This document shows positions 34,305 through 50,711 of a DNA stretch of 64,000 bases, one piece after another. The position numbers and the translations under genes are program-made. The notes below the pieces were generated by a model that was not told the DNA's origin, made no database searches, and saw only the letters and a list, made by a program, of their open reading frames with translations. The stretch comes from the human T2T-CHM13v2.0 reference genome, Homo sapiens. The stretch lies in the NCBI RefSeq assembly GCF_009914755.1, contig NC_060942.1; one strand, given 5' to 3'. How positions within the stretch are numbered: position 1 is the first letter of the stretch; every line of letters begins with the position of its first letter.

Positions 34305-34772
34305 TGAGATTAGAGGAAAAAGAATAACTTTGATATGAGGATTGCAAGTCCTTTTAGTTTTATCAGGCTCGGAGAGACATAAAAATGAGAACATAATTAT
34401 GTTCTACTGCCTCCTTTGAGATACATGTTTACCACTTGAAACTGTTTGCTATTCCTACAAGTAGATATAAATTAACCTAATAATGCCACACTAGATGTTA
34501 TAAGCAATACCTCACAGCTTAAAAATATATAGCCAATTAGTCATCAATGTTATTTTTGTAGATCAAGAAGAATTTCTGAAAAACAACTTTGTTTCAGTCC
34601 ACTCCCTGTCCCTTTCTTTTGCCTTTGTAAATCCACTTGTAACTGCTGCTAATTAAAGTGTACATTCAAGGCAACTTGAATCTATGCTCCCTGATTTCAA
34701 TCCTCAGGCTTGGCCCAAATAAACTCTCTACTTAAATGAGTGTTGCTTTAACCTTTTCTTTTTAGGCTGACA
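34305..34772 (+). mobile_element. ERV1 solo LTR related to 7814-8264
   Basis: Shared blocks TGCAAGTCCTTTTA, ATCAGGC..GAGAGA and TATAAATTAACC.AATAATGCCACAC; AATAAA near the end; terminates in TGACA. Confidence 0.65.
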
Positions 34773-36446
34773 TATCATGTCCTAGAGCAGACTTTATGAT
34801 GGAAACTTTTTTTTTTTTTACTCTCCTTGCTGTAACACCAAAGAATGAAGAGTCAGGTTTATCTTACCTGTAATCTGTACATAAGAGCTGAGCTCTCCCT
34901 GGGATTCACAGGAGAGAGCCAGATTTTGGATTGAGAATGTACAGAAAACCCATAGGAGACATTTTCTGATCTGTGAGATGTCAGCATAGAAATCTTAAAG
35001 CCCTCCTTTCAGAGTGTATCCCTTTGAGCTTTCCAGATCTTTTCCAGTGACCTGCTATGTTTATGTGAGAGGTTGCTGGTGTAAATAGAATCTGGTTGCA
35101 CAACCTGTAAGTGTAAACATGCATGTCAGTAGGGAGAGATCAAAGCCACAAAATACCCAGTGCAATGACATAAGTTTACCTATTTGTAAAATGTGATACT
35201 GGAGTAGAGTATTCTTGTCCTTTCTCTTACCTAAGACCTAGCTAATCAGAACAGGTGATATCACTCATAGATCCAGGTTCTGGAGCTGTACCAGGGCAGT
35301 TCCATTTTCTATTTAGAATCAGCTTGAGTCTTTCCTACATGGATCAACATATGGTCATCAGTCCATGGTCACTAGGAATCCTCTCACAATCACCCGGGAA
35401 TCTTTAAGACATTTCAGGATGTCCTGTACAGACTTGGGTCAGGCTGGCAGGAGTGTCTAATTCTGCTTCCATGTTAGAGGAAGGGAAATGAGTCATTCAG
35501 TGTCTGTTCCTTCTTTTGTAGAAATAATCTCCTTGGTTGGTACCTGGACAAGAGTTTCTCCAGTTTCCTTGGCAAAAAATTCAGGAGTTCTGGAGACTCA
35601 GACTGATAAACAAATTGCCTCCATTTCATATGGCCTTTAGAAAAATAGATGAAGCAGTCATGGTCTCTGTCATTCAAAAACCCTCAGTCTAGAGCAACTG
35701 GATAAATAGTTTAATTAAGCATCATATAGTCAATACAATAAAGTGGGAGTGTTAAGGGGACTTGGGCAATGGCTCTGATGTTGTTGTGACTTCTGATGTC
35801 ACCACCTGAAGAGCTATTCTCAAACAGGAGAGTTATTTGTATTTCTATTGCTTTTGCCTTGCTAAGAATACATATTTTCTAATAAAATTATCCTAGAAAG
35901 CCCTAAAAATTTCAGTTAAATTGCTTGTTATTATACGTTATAAAATAGAGTAGTGGCTAAATGGATTAAAATTATACTAACTCTTAAGTTTCTCTTGGAC
36001 AGGCTTAGGAAAGACAGAACAAGAAGTACTCCAGCAGTATAGAGATCATAATTCAACATAGGACAGTTTCTCCACCCCAGCTCTGTCCAGATTCACCCTT
36101 TTCTGAGACTCATTCAGTTCTGGTCCCACCCTGGAGTCTCTCCTCACAGAACTCATTAGTGGAGACCAGAGATTTGGGAGGTGGCTCCTGCTGCCTCTCC
36201 AGAGCTTATGCTCACAATATTCTGAAACCCAAAAGCAGATAAATTAGAGCAATGAACTATATATTTTGAGGTCTTAACTTCTTTCTTTCTAATTAAAACC
36301 AGTGCTTGTAGAGACATTCCATCCCAGTAGTTACTCCACAAGTCACAAGAAAGTAAATAGAAACACACTAAAAAATCCTTTCTGTATCCCTCCCATCTGT
36401 CTATATTTATCTCTTATGCTATACATTTTTTAAAAAATCAATGAGA

Positions 36447-36743
36447 GGCCAGGTTCTGTGGCTCATGCCTGTAATACTAGCAATTTGGGAGGTCGAGGTG
36501 CATGGATCACTTGAGGTTGGGGGTTCGAGACCAGCCTGACCAATATGGAGAAACCCCATCTCTACTAAAAATGCAAACTTAGCTCAGTGTCGTGGTGCAT
36601 GCCTGTAATCCCAACTACTCGGGAGGCTGAGGCAGGAGAATCGTTTGAACCCAGGAAGCGGAGGTTGTGGTGAGCTGAGATCATGCCATTGCACTTCCAG
36701 CCTGGGCAACATGAGTGAAACTCTGTCCCCCCTCAAAAAAAAA
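36447..36743 (+). mobile_element. AluSp-like
   Basis: Full dimer; TSD approximately AAAAAATCAAT(G/A)AGA. Confidence 0.9.
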
Positions 36744-37139
36744 TCAATAAGAAATAAACAGGGAAGAAAACAATGCTGGCCCCTTCATCTAAATTCTGAG
36801 AATTATTGAACACTTAGTACCCAACTCTCAAGTTGTTTTGAAGATTAAATCACATAATGTGATGTTCTCAGCACAGTGCTCTGTAACACTCCTGAGCACA
36901 TAGTACCTGCTTAATAAGCATTGCATAAGTATATGTGTACATGTTGTTTTTCAGTGCAGACTTACTCAGATATTGTTGCCTTTTCCTGTCTCTGTAAACT
37001 TTAAAGAGCTATCAAAGAATGTGGTTTTTCAGGATAGAGATTGATTGTTTATTTGATCAGAAGTATTTGTGTTGTGATGAGTGATGATTGTGAGAGTCTG
37101 TTCCATGCCTGCTTTTTCTAGCTAAATGCTACTAATGAT

Positions 37140-37455
37140 GGGTCTGGGGAAGCTACATCAGCATTGACAGGAGATGTGTTTAAAATGCACTTTCATGGAT
37201 GCTTTTAAAACCTGCAGAATCACATTACATAGTGTGGGGCCAGGGTTACCAAATGATTTATATGCACATTGAAGTTTGAGAGGCAATGCTTAGCTAAGTG
37301 GTTCTTGGCCCAGGCTTCTAATTAAGATTCCATGGCCAGGTTGCAGAAATCATTTCACTTGCGCCCTTCCCGCAGGCTCTGTATATTGTTCTGGGTGGAA
37401 GCATCCTTGTTGATATAATTAAGTGCCTCATGTGACTCCAGGTTGAGGCCAGGGT
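37140..37455. mobile_element. Diverged MER5-type DNA transposon remnants
   Basis: MER5-like motifs ATGCACATTGAAGTTTGAGAGGCA and AGTGGTTCTT. Confidence 0.4.
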
Positions 37456-38119
37456 CAAACACGAGGAATTCAAAATACATTCATGAGAGTTGAGTTCAAA
37501 CTTTATTCCAAAGGGAGGTCACAGGGTCTGCTATGGTTGGATTTGGTAGGTACAAGTTAGTGTGGCCCATATCCCCATTGCTGTAGCAGAAATTGTGGCG
37601 TCTGTGGCAGGAAAAGAGAAAGATAAATTTTGATTTTGTGGAGGAGCTCACTGTCCTTGAATCTCACCTGTTATAAAGAACATAAATGGGTGGACATTTT
37701 CTGCATGCCTGGATCTTTCTACCTGTGTTTGTGGTGGTAGCAGGTGAAGAGATTGTGCTGATTCCTTTAAAGGCATATTCCCAAGATGCAGGTGTGACTT
37801 GTCCAGAGAATATCACCTGAGAAGAAATCCTAGAGAAGGATGATGAAGATAAAAATGGCTTTTTCTCAGGTGACTGTGTCTCAGATTAGGAGCAGTGTTC
37901 ACTCTGCCTCCTGGAATGCCATATGTTTAGAACTTACAAACCTGTACTTGTTGACTTTATGCTGTTTCTCCCTATAAGTTTGTTTAGACATTTTTTCTTC
38001 TCATTATAGCCAAGCAACTCTGAAATATATTATTTTCTATATACTAGAGTCTTCTTAACATTCTCTTCATCTTGGCTTCTTCTCTGCCATGTGGAATTCT
38101 CATCATTAATTATGACTCA

Positions 38120-38455
<336 letters not shown>

Positions 38456-39164
38456 TACCCTTTGTTGCTGGTGCTGGTGCACATGGAAATGTATGGATAC
38501 CCAAGATTCCTACTGGGGAAGAGGTAGGGTTCTTAGATATTCATGAAAAAGGGGAATACGTAATGTTGAAGTTCTGTCTGTGTGCTCCATCAACTCCATG
38601 TGGAACAGGATTAAAATATGCACATTTGAACAGGGTGGTATTTATTACCCAGAATAATTCAGAAAGTTTTGAAAAAAATAATTAGAAGATACTCGCTTTC
38701 TAGAACGCTGAAGAAAGTCTGCGTAAATACTTTAATAGAGATTACACAACATGAGCGATTACTGTAGTTTGCATTTTGCACAAAACTTGTTTCTTTATGG
38801 TTAGATTTGAATTATAATTTGCTTCTTTGGCGGGGGCCAGTATCACAGCAGTGATATTGTGTCCTTCTGTGAGCATCAGCGCATGATGAAAATTTGTTCT
38901 GTTATAATTGGTGTTAATTTGATTCATTTAGTTAAATAGTTCTCTGAGAATTTTTTTCCACTGTAGAGTTATTTTTCTCTTTATTATTGAGTAACTTGGG
39001 GACATTTACCAGCTGATGTGAATAAAGCATCCCATGTAATCTGGAAGTTCTCTTTCCTTCTTAGATTGTCTTTGCATATGTCTTTCTTTAAAAAGTGAAG
39101 TCTCTCATCTTTGTTTACTGGTCATAAAAACCCAGGCTCTGTCACTTAATGAATGTTTGACAAA

Positions 39165-39312
39165 ATATTTATCTTGGGCCAGAAAGATTGGTGTCACTTG
39201 TGAGCTTGTTAGAAATTCAGAAACTCAGGTTTTACCTCAGGTTTCTTGAAACAAAATCTGCATAAAAAGATCTCCAGTTTACTGTTGTACACATTAAAAT
39301 TTGAGAGGTACT
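39165..39312 (+). mobile_element. MER5A remnant
   Basis: GAGCTTGTTAGAAAT.CAGAA.CTCAGG...AAATCTGCAT...AAGATCTCCAG...CACATTAAAATTTGAGAGG. Confidence 0.6.
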
Positions 39313-39635
39313 TTATAACTAAGCCTGACTTTTTAATCTGAGAAATATGCAGAACTTATACTGTGTATGATTAAATGGAGCACTAAAAAATGTACATGTC
39401 TATGTTCCTGTTGTTAATTTTGTACTTTATCATTCAAAAAATATCATCAATACACTACACTGGTATTGTGAATCTTATGCTCTCTTTTATTAGAGATAGA
39501 GAATACAACAGAGAATATTTCTTTGTTGGGAATTATTTTATAGGACAATTTCAGTCATATCAGTCAGAATCAGTTCTCTTCACTCATTTTATCTTGAGTC
39601 AATTTAAGAATTCTGCCCATGGCCACTTGAAGTAG

Positions 39636-39872
<237 letters not shown>

Positions 39873-40295
39873 TGAGTAAATTTCAGATCCCTGTTTTCAA
39901 GACAATCTTGCAGATTTTTTGGTGTGGAAAATAAATTCTTCAGGTTGTTTCATTTTGACCTGAATTTTCCCCCTTCCTGAGTTTATCTATATTATTCACT
40001 ATAGATAAGTGGTAATTTCAGAAATTTAGTGACATAAAATAATGTTGTCCACACCTTAAAATTCAATTGCCACCACCAATTTTTGATTCAGTAATACTGG
40101 GGAGTGAAACAGAGGACCCTCATATTTAATGTACTTTCTGAATACGCTAAAGGTTCTGTCAGTAAAAAGTATTTTGGAATTAATTTTCTAGAATCTTGTA
40201 TTATGTCCTCTTTTCTCTACTTAGCACAGTATTAGGTTGGTAAATGGAGAATCCCAGGAAAAGTCATGCTCATGATGCTTTTTAAAATAAAACAG

Positions 40296-40370
40296 GTATT
40301 GTCTTCTCTAAGCCAGACCTGGTCACCTGTCTGGAGCAAAGAAAAAAGCCATGGAGTATGAAGCACCCAG
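40296..40370 (+). pseudogene. KRAB-B exon (75 bp, 21 bp shorter than the usual 96 bp)
   Basis: AACAG|GTATTGTC...CACCCAG|GTAGGT; encodes (G)IVFSKPDLVTCLEQRKKPWSMKHP. Confidence 0.92.
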
Positions 40371-41194
40371 GTAGGTGAAAGCGAATGAAGAAGAGGATGA
40401 CATAGATGAGGCATCCAAAGGCCGAGAGGAACCCGGACTTTTACATGTGATTTGGGAAGCTGTGCTCCAGTGGAAATCCTTTCTGAGAAGCCTGGGTTTT
40501 TTCACTTGTTCTCACATAGGGGCATCCTCTGTCCCATGCTCTCTAATGACTCTACATTTTCTTCAATAATTTTTCTTCAGATTTGCAGTGAGAGCCAAAG
40601 TTCTCTTTATGGCTTATAAAACAGTGCACAATCTGACTACTTTTATTGCTTTTGGGGTTATACAAATAGCTGCATATTTTTTAGAAACCCTGTGTTTAAC
40701 CATTTTTAAGTTCTCTTTCTGCATTGTGTCTGAAATATGTAAAAGTAGTGATATTGAGATTTGGTTCAGAAATCCCAGAAATACAACACACATATGTTGT
40801 ATGTTTTCTGCTTTATAGTTTCTTATTTTATGGAGGTTTCAAATGTGTTTCTACAGAAATTCATACTTGGTAATTTAATCAGAATATTAAGTATCTCTTT
40901 AAGAATATCTAATGTTATTTGAATTGAAATTTTTATTCTTTTAGTACTAACTGAGGTTGGTAATTTCAATTCTGTCTTAATTTCTCAACTGTAATATAAC
41001 GTAGATATTTCCTACATTTCTACAATTCACTATGTCAGGGAACTTAGAACATTATTGAGCATATGTTAAGCTCCCACTTCTTTCCTTGTTTTTTAAATTA
41101 CTATTTTGTAATTTTATCTTGTTCAGGATAAAGTTTACCAGAACTGTAATTTATATGTGTGTATATATATGTAGGTGTGTATTGTGGATTTTTT

Positions 41195-43300
41195 TACAAA
41201 TAAAAATTGTATATATATTTATTGTGTACAATGTAATTACTTACTGCATGTGTATATTGTAAAATGATTAGCACAATTATGTTTCTGAGCATTTTTATCA
41301 CCTTTCCTCACATAGGTACCTTTTTTGTAATGAAAACATCTAAGATCTGCTGACACCTAATTTTAAGCATACAAAAATTTAGTGTTAACTGTATCATGAA
41401 GCTATACATTACATTTGAAAAACTTACTCATAACAGAAAATTTATGTCTTTTCAATATCTTTTCATTTTCTCCCATATCTAGTCCCTGACAACTTCCATT
41501 GTAGTCTCTGCTTCTGTGAGTTCAGCTTTCTTAGATTCCCCATATAAGTGAGAATGTGCAGTATTTCTCTTTCTATGTCTGGCTTATTTCCCTTGGCATA
41601 ATGTCTTCCAGTTTTACCCATGTTGTTGAAATGGCAAGATTTTGTTATTTTTCAGGCTAAATAATATTCTATTGTTTATTTATACCAGCTTTTCTTTATT
41701 CAGCATCCACAAACATTTAGGTTTTTTATATCTTGGCAATTGTGAATAATGCTGCAACAAATATGGTGGTACAGATATGTCTTCAAGTTACTTATTTCAT
41801 TTCCTTTTGTTATATACACAGTATTATATGCACAATACTACTATTGCTAGATTGTGTAGTAGTTCTGTATTTCAGATAACCTCTATTGGTTTTTGTAATG
41901 ACTCCATCAATTTATAACTCTCCAAGAATGTACAGAATTATTTTTCTTCAAAGTGTTGTCAACACTTGTTATGTTTCTTCTTTTTACATTATCCATTCTA
42001 ACATGTTTGAAATGATACTCATCATGGTTTTGATTTGCAATTGCCTGATATTTGGTGATATTGAGTACTTTATGGCTTATCTGTTGGCCATTTGTATGTC
42101 TTCATTGGACAAATATCAGTTTAGTGTTTTGCCTATTTTGAACTGCGTTACTGTTGTTTTTGCTTTCAATCTGCTTGCATTTCTTATATATTTTGTATAT
42201 CAATCTTTTATCAGATGTATGGTTTGCAAATATTTTTTCCCATTCTACAAATTTTTTTTATTTTATTGTTCTCTTTTCTGTGCAGAAGGTTTTTAGTCTG
42301 ATGCAGTCCAGCTTGTTTATATTTGCTTTTGTTGCTGTAATTTTGGTATTATGTCTAACAAATTATTGTTAAGACCATATCATGAGGGTTTTCCATGTAT
42401 TTTTTTCAGGTTTTTTAAGGATTCATGTTTAAGTCTGTAATTTAACTTTTAGCATGGTGTAAGAAAAATAAGCTAATTTTATTCTTTTGCCTGGAGGTAT
42501 CCAGTTTTTTTCAGAACCAAATATTAAAAAGACTATACTTTGTTCATTGTGTATTTTTGGTGCACTTGTCAAAGATTAGTAAACTTTATATGCCTGGGTT
42601 TATTTCTGGGCTCTATTCTGTTCTATTGGTTTATTGTGTCCATATTTTGCATGTATCATCTTGTTTTTTTACTACAATCTTAAAATATAGTTTGAAATCA
42701 TAAAGTATGAAGTTTGGTTGCTTTGTCCCTTTTCCTCTAGATTGCTTTGGTTTTTCAAAGCCTATCGTAGTTTCATGTAAATTTTAGAATTGTAATTTCC
42801 ATTACTGTGAAAAATGTCACTGGATTTTTAATAGAGAGTTCATTGAAACTAGATCACTTTGAATCATATGGCTCTTTATAATATTTATTCTTCCAGTTCA
42901 TAAACTTGAAATCTTTTTTGCATTTATTTGTGACTTCTTCCATTTCTTTCATCAATATATGTTTCAGTGAAAAGATCTTTTGCCTTCTTTGTTAAATTTA
43001 TTTTTCAGAAACTTATTATTTTAATTCTATTGGAAATGAGATTGTTTTCTTCTTTTTTATCAGATGGTTTGTTGTTAGCATATGGAATCATAACTGATAA
43101 TTATATGTTAATGTTATATATTGCTAATTTTCTGAGGGCATTTGTTATTTTTTGATGTATTGTTTATGGTTTTCTATATATAAGATCATGTCACCTACAA
43201 ACAGCAACATTTTAATTTTTTTCCTCAATTTGAATGTCATTTTTAGGGTCATTTTCTTGACTAATTCTTCTGCAAAGTACTTTCACTGCTATGTTAAAAT
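41195..43300 (-). mobile_element. Old L1MA-type fragment (3'UTR and ORF2 end)
   Basis: Antisense L1 motifs such as TTAGATTCCCCATATAAGTGAGA, GTTTTGATTTGCA and TTTCTGGGCTCTATTCTGTTC. Confidence 0.75.
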
Positions 43301-43803
43301 AGAAACATTGACAATGGAACCATGTAGCCTTACCCCGGTGTCTATAAATTTGAAGAAGCAAACAGCTCTTTAATTTTTTATAAACTGGTTTCAGGAGGTA
43401 CAGATCTTCTTTTGTTGGGTACCCAGGGTAATGGGATGCCCTATGAGCTTGTAGTAGGGAAGAGTTTATAACTGTGTCACAAGGCTGCTGGGTATGCAGT
43501 GGATTCAACCTTCAAGTGGCTTTTTACCAGGGGCTTTGGTTGTTGTGATTCCCATCTAATGTCTGGGTGGGCTGGATTTCCTTCAGGACTTTTATTTATA
43601 GTGCAGAAACTAGGACAGATTTCTGCAATTGGTTGTGCATATGGTGGACCTTATATCGGGATGTGGTAAGTGTGGCTACCACTGAGTATTTGGAAGTTTT
43701 TTTCCACATCACTGTGTGGGTTCCTGTGTTGGCAGGAATTGTTGTGAACTGTGGCAAAGACAGCTGAAACTGAGTCACTGAACTCCTTCAGCGGCCACAG
43801 TAG

Positions 43804-44127
<324 letters not shown>

Positions 44128-44363
44128 TGAAGGTGAGTAGTCATAGAAACAGTGGTATATTCACTAGGTGTTTAATGATAAATATATATATTTTCTTTGT
44201 GTGAGAGAAACACTTTAGTGATTTGAAGGTGATTTATGTTTATATATTTATATATTTTATGATTTATAGAAAGACCTATATCACTTTTAGTTGTTTTCCA
44301 AAAAAATGTGAAAACACATAACATAAAATTTACCATCTTAAAGCTTTTTAAGTCTATATTTCA

Positions 44364-44653
44364 GTGCTGAGTGTGGTGGAGGCTCATGCTTATAATGCCC
44401 GTACTTTGGGAAACTGAGGCAGAAGTATTGCTTAAGCCGAGGAACTTGAGACCAGCCTGGGCAGCATATAGAGAGCCCTTCCCCACAAAAATTTAAAATT
44501 AGCCAGGTGTTGGGTTGTCCCCCTGTGGTCCTAGCTCCTTGTGAGGCCGTGGCAGGAGAATCACTTGTGCATGGGAGGTTGAGGCTGCAGTGAGCTATGA
44601 TTATATGACTTCATTCCAGCCTGCAGGACAGAGTGAGAACCTACCTCAAAAAA
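44364..44653 (+). mobile_element. AluJ
   Basis: Highly diverged dimer with J-type GAGGCTGCAGTGAGCTATGAT. Confidence 0.85.
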
Positions 44654-45027
44654 GGTGTACATTTTAGTCGTTAAGAGTATTTACATTGTTATGTAAAGAC
44701 CTCTAGAAATTTTACGTCTTCTAAAATTAAGACAATACCCATTAAGTAACAACTGCCCATTTTACCCTCTCTTTAGACCTTGAGTAACACCATTCTCCTT
44801 TCTGTTTCTATTTGACTACTTATGATGACTCATATCATGGAATCATATAGTATCTGTCACTTTATTACTATCTTATTTCAGTTGACATAATATTCTCAAC
44901 GTTTATGTAAGAATGTGACAGATTTACTATTTTAAGGCTGAATAATATTCCACTGTATGTATATGTCACATTTTTAATTTGTTTATCAGTCAAGGGATAT
45001 CTGAGTTACTTCTGCTTTTTGGCTTTT

Positions 45028-45510
45028 GTAAATATTGGTATAATATATTTATATATAGTATATATAAAAATATATGTGTATATATTTATATATAATATAT
45101 TGGTATAATAAATATACCAATATTTATATTTTAATATATATAAAATAATTTATTTATATAATATATATTTATTTAATATATATTATATTAATATATAAAA
45201 TATATAAATATTGGTATAATATATTTAATATATATTATATTAATATATATTAAATATATAAATATTGGTATATTTATTATACCAATATTTGAAATATATA
45301 TTCAAATATATCTTCCACATTCTTTGTTTGAATATAGATTTATATTTGGAGTATACATTTATATTTATGTTTGAATATAGATTTATAAGTGGAATTCTTG
45401 GATTCAATTTATATATATATTAATATATAAAAATGTATTTTATATTCCAGTCAAATAATATGATTTATATTTGAATCTAGGTTTATAAGTGGAATTATAT
45501 AATTTAAATT
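45028..45510. repeat. AT-rich low-complexity tract with nested inverted repeats
   Basis: Four copies of ATATTGGTATA, two hairpins, and repeated TTTGAAT.TAG.TTTATA. Confidence 0.85.
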
Positions 45511-46375
45511 TTAAGAAACATTCATAATATGATGGTTGCATCCTTTTTCCCCACCAACAATTCACATGAGTTTTAATTTCTTTACATCCTCAACAGATTC
45601 AGCATTTTAAAAATTTATCATGGCCATTCTAATGGGTATGAGGTGGTTTTGTTTTGGATTGTAATTTTGTTTTGTATTTCTCTACAATTGGTACTTTTTT
45701 TTGCATTTTAAGTGCTTTTTTCTACTTACATATATATTTTTGATTAAACATCAGTTCAATTCTTTGTCCATTTCTAAATCAATTTATTCATTGTTAGTTT
45801 TTCAGTTTTAGTTGTTTATAATTCTGAATATTAACTCATCACATGTAATTTGCGAATATTTTCACCCATTTCTTCAGTGGCATTGTCATTCTACTAAATA
45901 TTTTATTTGGTGTGCAGAAAATTTGAAGTTTAGCACAGTTAAATTTTGGGGGTTTTTATGTTTTTCATAAGTATGATGTCATATCTACAAAAAAGTGCCA
46001 AAACCAGTGTTCTGTATTTTCCCTATTTTTTTCTTCTAAGAGTTGTATTAGTTATATGCTTTTTAGTTTCATTATTTTATTTAAAATGTGCAAGAAAATA
46101 ATCCAACTTTATTTTTTTCAGTGTAGATACTCAGTTTTCAGCATCATTTGTTGAAGATATTTTCTTTTCTCTATTGTGTAGTCATGGCAACTTTGTGGAA
46201 GATTATTTGATTATATAAAGAAGGGTTCATTTCTGGGCTATTTTGTTCTATCATCTGTTTATTTGTCTCTGTTAGTACCACATTGCTTTTGTTTATTATA
46301 GCTTTTTAATGTATTTTGAAATCAGGAAATATAATGCCTCTTTGTTCTTTCTCATGGGTGTTTGGATAGTTTTAG

Positions 46376-46678
<303 letters not shown>

Positions 46679-46914
46679 AATTTAAAAAGTTTTAATCAAT
46701 ATTTCTGGTCAACAATGTACCATTGGAATTTCTTCACCACCGTGAGTTGTTTTCACATTTAGATTAAATTATCTGGACCTTGAGCAAGAATATATTAAAG
46801 AGTGTGTTTTATTTCCATATATTTTTGAATTTGCCAGTTTATCTCTTGATTTTGATGTCTAGTTTCATTTTATTTTAGTCAGAAAACATAACTGTATAAT
46901 TTTGGTCATCTTAA

Positions 46915-47219
<305 letters not shown>

Positions 47220-47349
47220 AGGCTTCTTAAACTTAATAAGACTTGTTATGTGTCCTAACAGAATGCACCAAGTTCAAACAAGAATATTGTGTAATCTGTT
47301 CCTTTTTACTGGAGAGTCCTGTACATATTTTTAATGTGTAGTTGGCCTA

Positions 47350-47761
47350 TGATATGATTTGGATGTTTGTACCCTTCAAATCTCATGTTGAAATGGGATT
47401 CCCAATGTAGGATGTGGATCCTTGTGTGATGTGTTTGGGTCATGGGAGCAAATCTCTTGTAAATGACTTCGCACCATCCCCTTGGTGATCAATAAGTTCT
47501 CACTCTGTTAATTCACGTGAGAGCTGCGTGTTTAAAGAACCTGGCACTTTCCTTTCACACTTGCTCCCTCTCTCCCCATGCAATATGTCTGGTTTCTCTT
47601 TGCCTTCACCATGATTGTAAGCTTACTTAGACCCTCACCAGATGCAGATGCTGGCACCACACTTATTGTACATTTTGCATAACTATGAAGAAAATAAATC
47701 TTTTTTATTTATAAATTACACAGTCTTAGGTACTTATTGCAATACAAAATGAATTAATACA
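47350..47761 (+). mobile_element. MaLR MSTB/MSTA-like solo LTR
   Basis: TGATATGATTTGGATG...AAATCTCATGTTGAAAT...CAAAATGAATTAATACA; ~410 bp with TG..CA termini. Confidence 0.85.
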
Positions 47762-48670
47762 ATTTATAATGTCATCCAGGTTTTCTTCTCTTATTGATGT
47801 TTTATCTAAACTTTCACTCATTATTAAAGTGGGGTCTTAATGTCTGTAATTATTATGTTGCTATGTATTTTTTGCTTCACTTCTGTCAATATTAGCTTTA
47901 TATATTTTGGAACCCTGATCTTTTAAATAGATATAATAGTTATAGATTCCTGGTAAATGACCAATGTTACCATTATATAGTAACAATCTTTACCTCATGC
48001 TAGTTTTTGATTTACAGCATATTTTGTCGAATATAATTTATGACCACCTCACTTAATTGTGGATACTGTTTGCATGGAATATGTTTTTTCATTCTGTTTC
48101 TTTCAACCTATTTGACTCAAAGTTAAAGTGAGTCTCTTGAAATCCTGGTCTCAAGCAATCTTCCAGTCCTGGCCTCCCAAAGTGCTGGGGCTACAGGCAT
48201 GAGCCACCACACCTGATTAGTCTTCTTAAACTTAATAAGGCTTGTTATGTGTCCTAACAGAGTACACTATGTTCGAACAAGAATATTGTGTGATTTGTTG
48301 CATATTGTGTGATTTTGTTTGTTCTTATTCCATTGGGCCATTTAATTTCTTATTATTAGTTTAATCAATTTACATTTAAAATGATTCCATAGAGAAATGA
48401 AGTTACTATTACCATTTTGATTGTTATTATTTTCTGTGTTTCTTGTAGAGATGTTTTCCATAATTTCCTATTTTACTGTCTTAATTTTTGCTTTTTTCAG
48501 TTTGTAGTGTTATGCTTTGTTTCCTTTCTCATTTTGTATTGCATACTTTCTATAAACTTGTAATTATCTAGGTAATTGGAGATTATGTAAAACATTTTAA
48601 AGTTATAACAATATTAGTATGTCATAACTTCAGTTGAATACAAAAACTATACCTCTTTACATCCTGTAGT

Positions 48671-48983
48671 GGGTTTTTTGTTTGTTTGTTTTGTTTTGTT
48701 TTTGAGATGGAGTCTCGCTCTGTCACCCAGGCTGGAGAGCAGTGGTGTGATCTGGGCTCACTTCAACCTCCTCCTCCCAGGTTCAAGCAATGCTCTGCCT
48801 CAGCCTCTCAAGTAGCTGAGATTACAGACACCCACCCCCACGACCGGCTAATTTTTCGTATTTTTAGTAGAGATGGGGTTTCACCATCTTAGCCAAGCTG
48901 GTCTTGAACTCCTGACTTCTTGATCCACCCATCTCGTCCTCCCAAAGTGCTGGGATTACAGGCATGAGCCATTGTGCCCAGGC
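48671..48983 (-). mobile_element. AluS
   Basis: 14-bp TSD TTACATCCTGTAGT at 48657-48670 and 48984-48997. Confidence 0.92.
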
Positions 48984-49229
48984 TTACATCCTGTAGTCTT
49001 TCATTATTACAAATATTATTTTATATTGGGTATCTATTAACAGATTTATGCAGATTTTTTGTTGAAATTCTATAGCAGAATTTTAAGAGATTTTGCTTAA
49101 TGATTATGGTAGTAAACAATTGTATATGTGTTTATATATTTACATTTAACAGAAAGTTTATAGTTTCATGTAGTTTTTTAAGGTTGTTCAGCATCATTAT
49201 ATTTTTCAACATATGGACTCTTTTTGGCA

Positions 49230-49355
49230 ATAAAAAAATAAACAGCATCTCACTATGTTACTCAGGCTCATCTTGAACTCTTAGCCTCAACTAATCTGCC
49301 TGCCTTGGCCTCCCAAGACTCTGGGATTACAGACATGAGCCACTGGTGCCTGGCC
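49230..49355 (-). mobile_element. Alu left monomer (FLAM-like)
   Basis: Single diverged antisense monomer. Confidence 0.7.
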
Positions 49356-49620
49356 ACCATGTAGCATTTCTTGTGGGACCATGCCTGTGGTGATAAATAC
49401 CTTCACCCTTTGTTTATTTTGTAAGTTCTTTATTGTTTCCTTATTTTTAATTCCAGAATAATTCCAAATAATTTCAAAGCAAACAGTATTGATTGGTATT
49501 AGTTTTTCTTTTATCACATAAAAATTTGGAAAGTTCTCATCCTCTTTTATCTTCAAATAGCCCCTCTAACTACTTTTTCCCTACATTCGTCTTCTAAGAT
49601 TTCTTTTCCAAATGTAGTAA

Positions 49621-50001
<381 letters not shown>

Positions 50002-50711
50002 AATTTTATTTCTTTTTTGTTTCATATTTTAGAGTATGCCACGTCACATCAGTTAATTGTGTTTTTAGTTTTTATTTTTATGACAATTGTGAATGACAAT
50101 ATTCAACTCTGTACACTTTAAGACAGCGTGGAGCCAAAGTTACATATGAATCAGTCATATCTCTATTCCCAATATAATAATTTCTGTGTTTGTGTATACA
50201 CATATTATTTCTGTATTGTTTATGACTTGTATGTTTGTGAGTGATCAATGGTTGTTTTATCTGAGTAGTCATAAAAATTCTCCTACTTCTAATATCTATT
50301 TGGGAATCTATTTTTGTGTGGGAGAAACACTTTTTTGATTTGAAGGTAATTTTAAAAACTGTCAATTTTGTCCCTTTTTTAAGGTATTATTACTGTTTAC
50401 TTTTAATTATCAAGAACATAAAATTTAGAATCTTAATTTTAAAATATGTAGTTTATATTAATTATATTGACATTATTATACAATATATCTGTAGAATGTT
50501 TTTGTCTTGTAAAACTAAAACTGAATACACATTAAACAACTACTCAATTCTCCCATTTTCTGGCCCTTTACAAACAGTTCTGTTTTCCTGTTTTTGAGTC
50601 TAACTGCTTTAAATATCTCATGTAAGTGGATTCATACCATATTTTTTGTGGCTGACATATGTTATTCTGCATAATTTCATGAAAGTTTGTTATGGTTGTT
50701 AGAATATTTCC

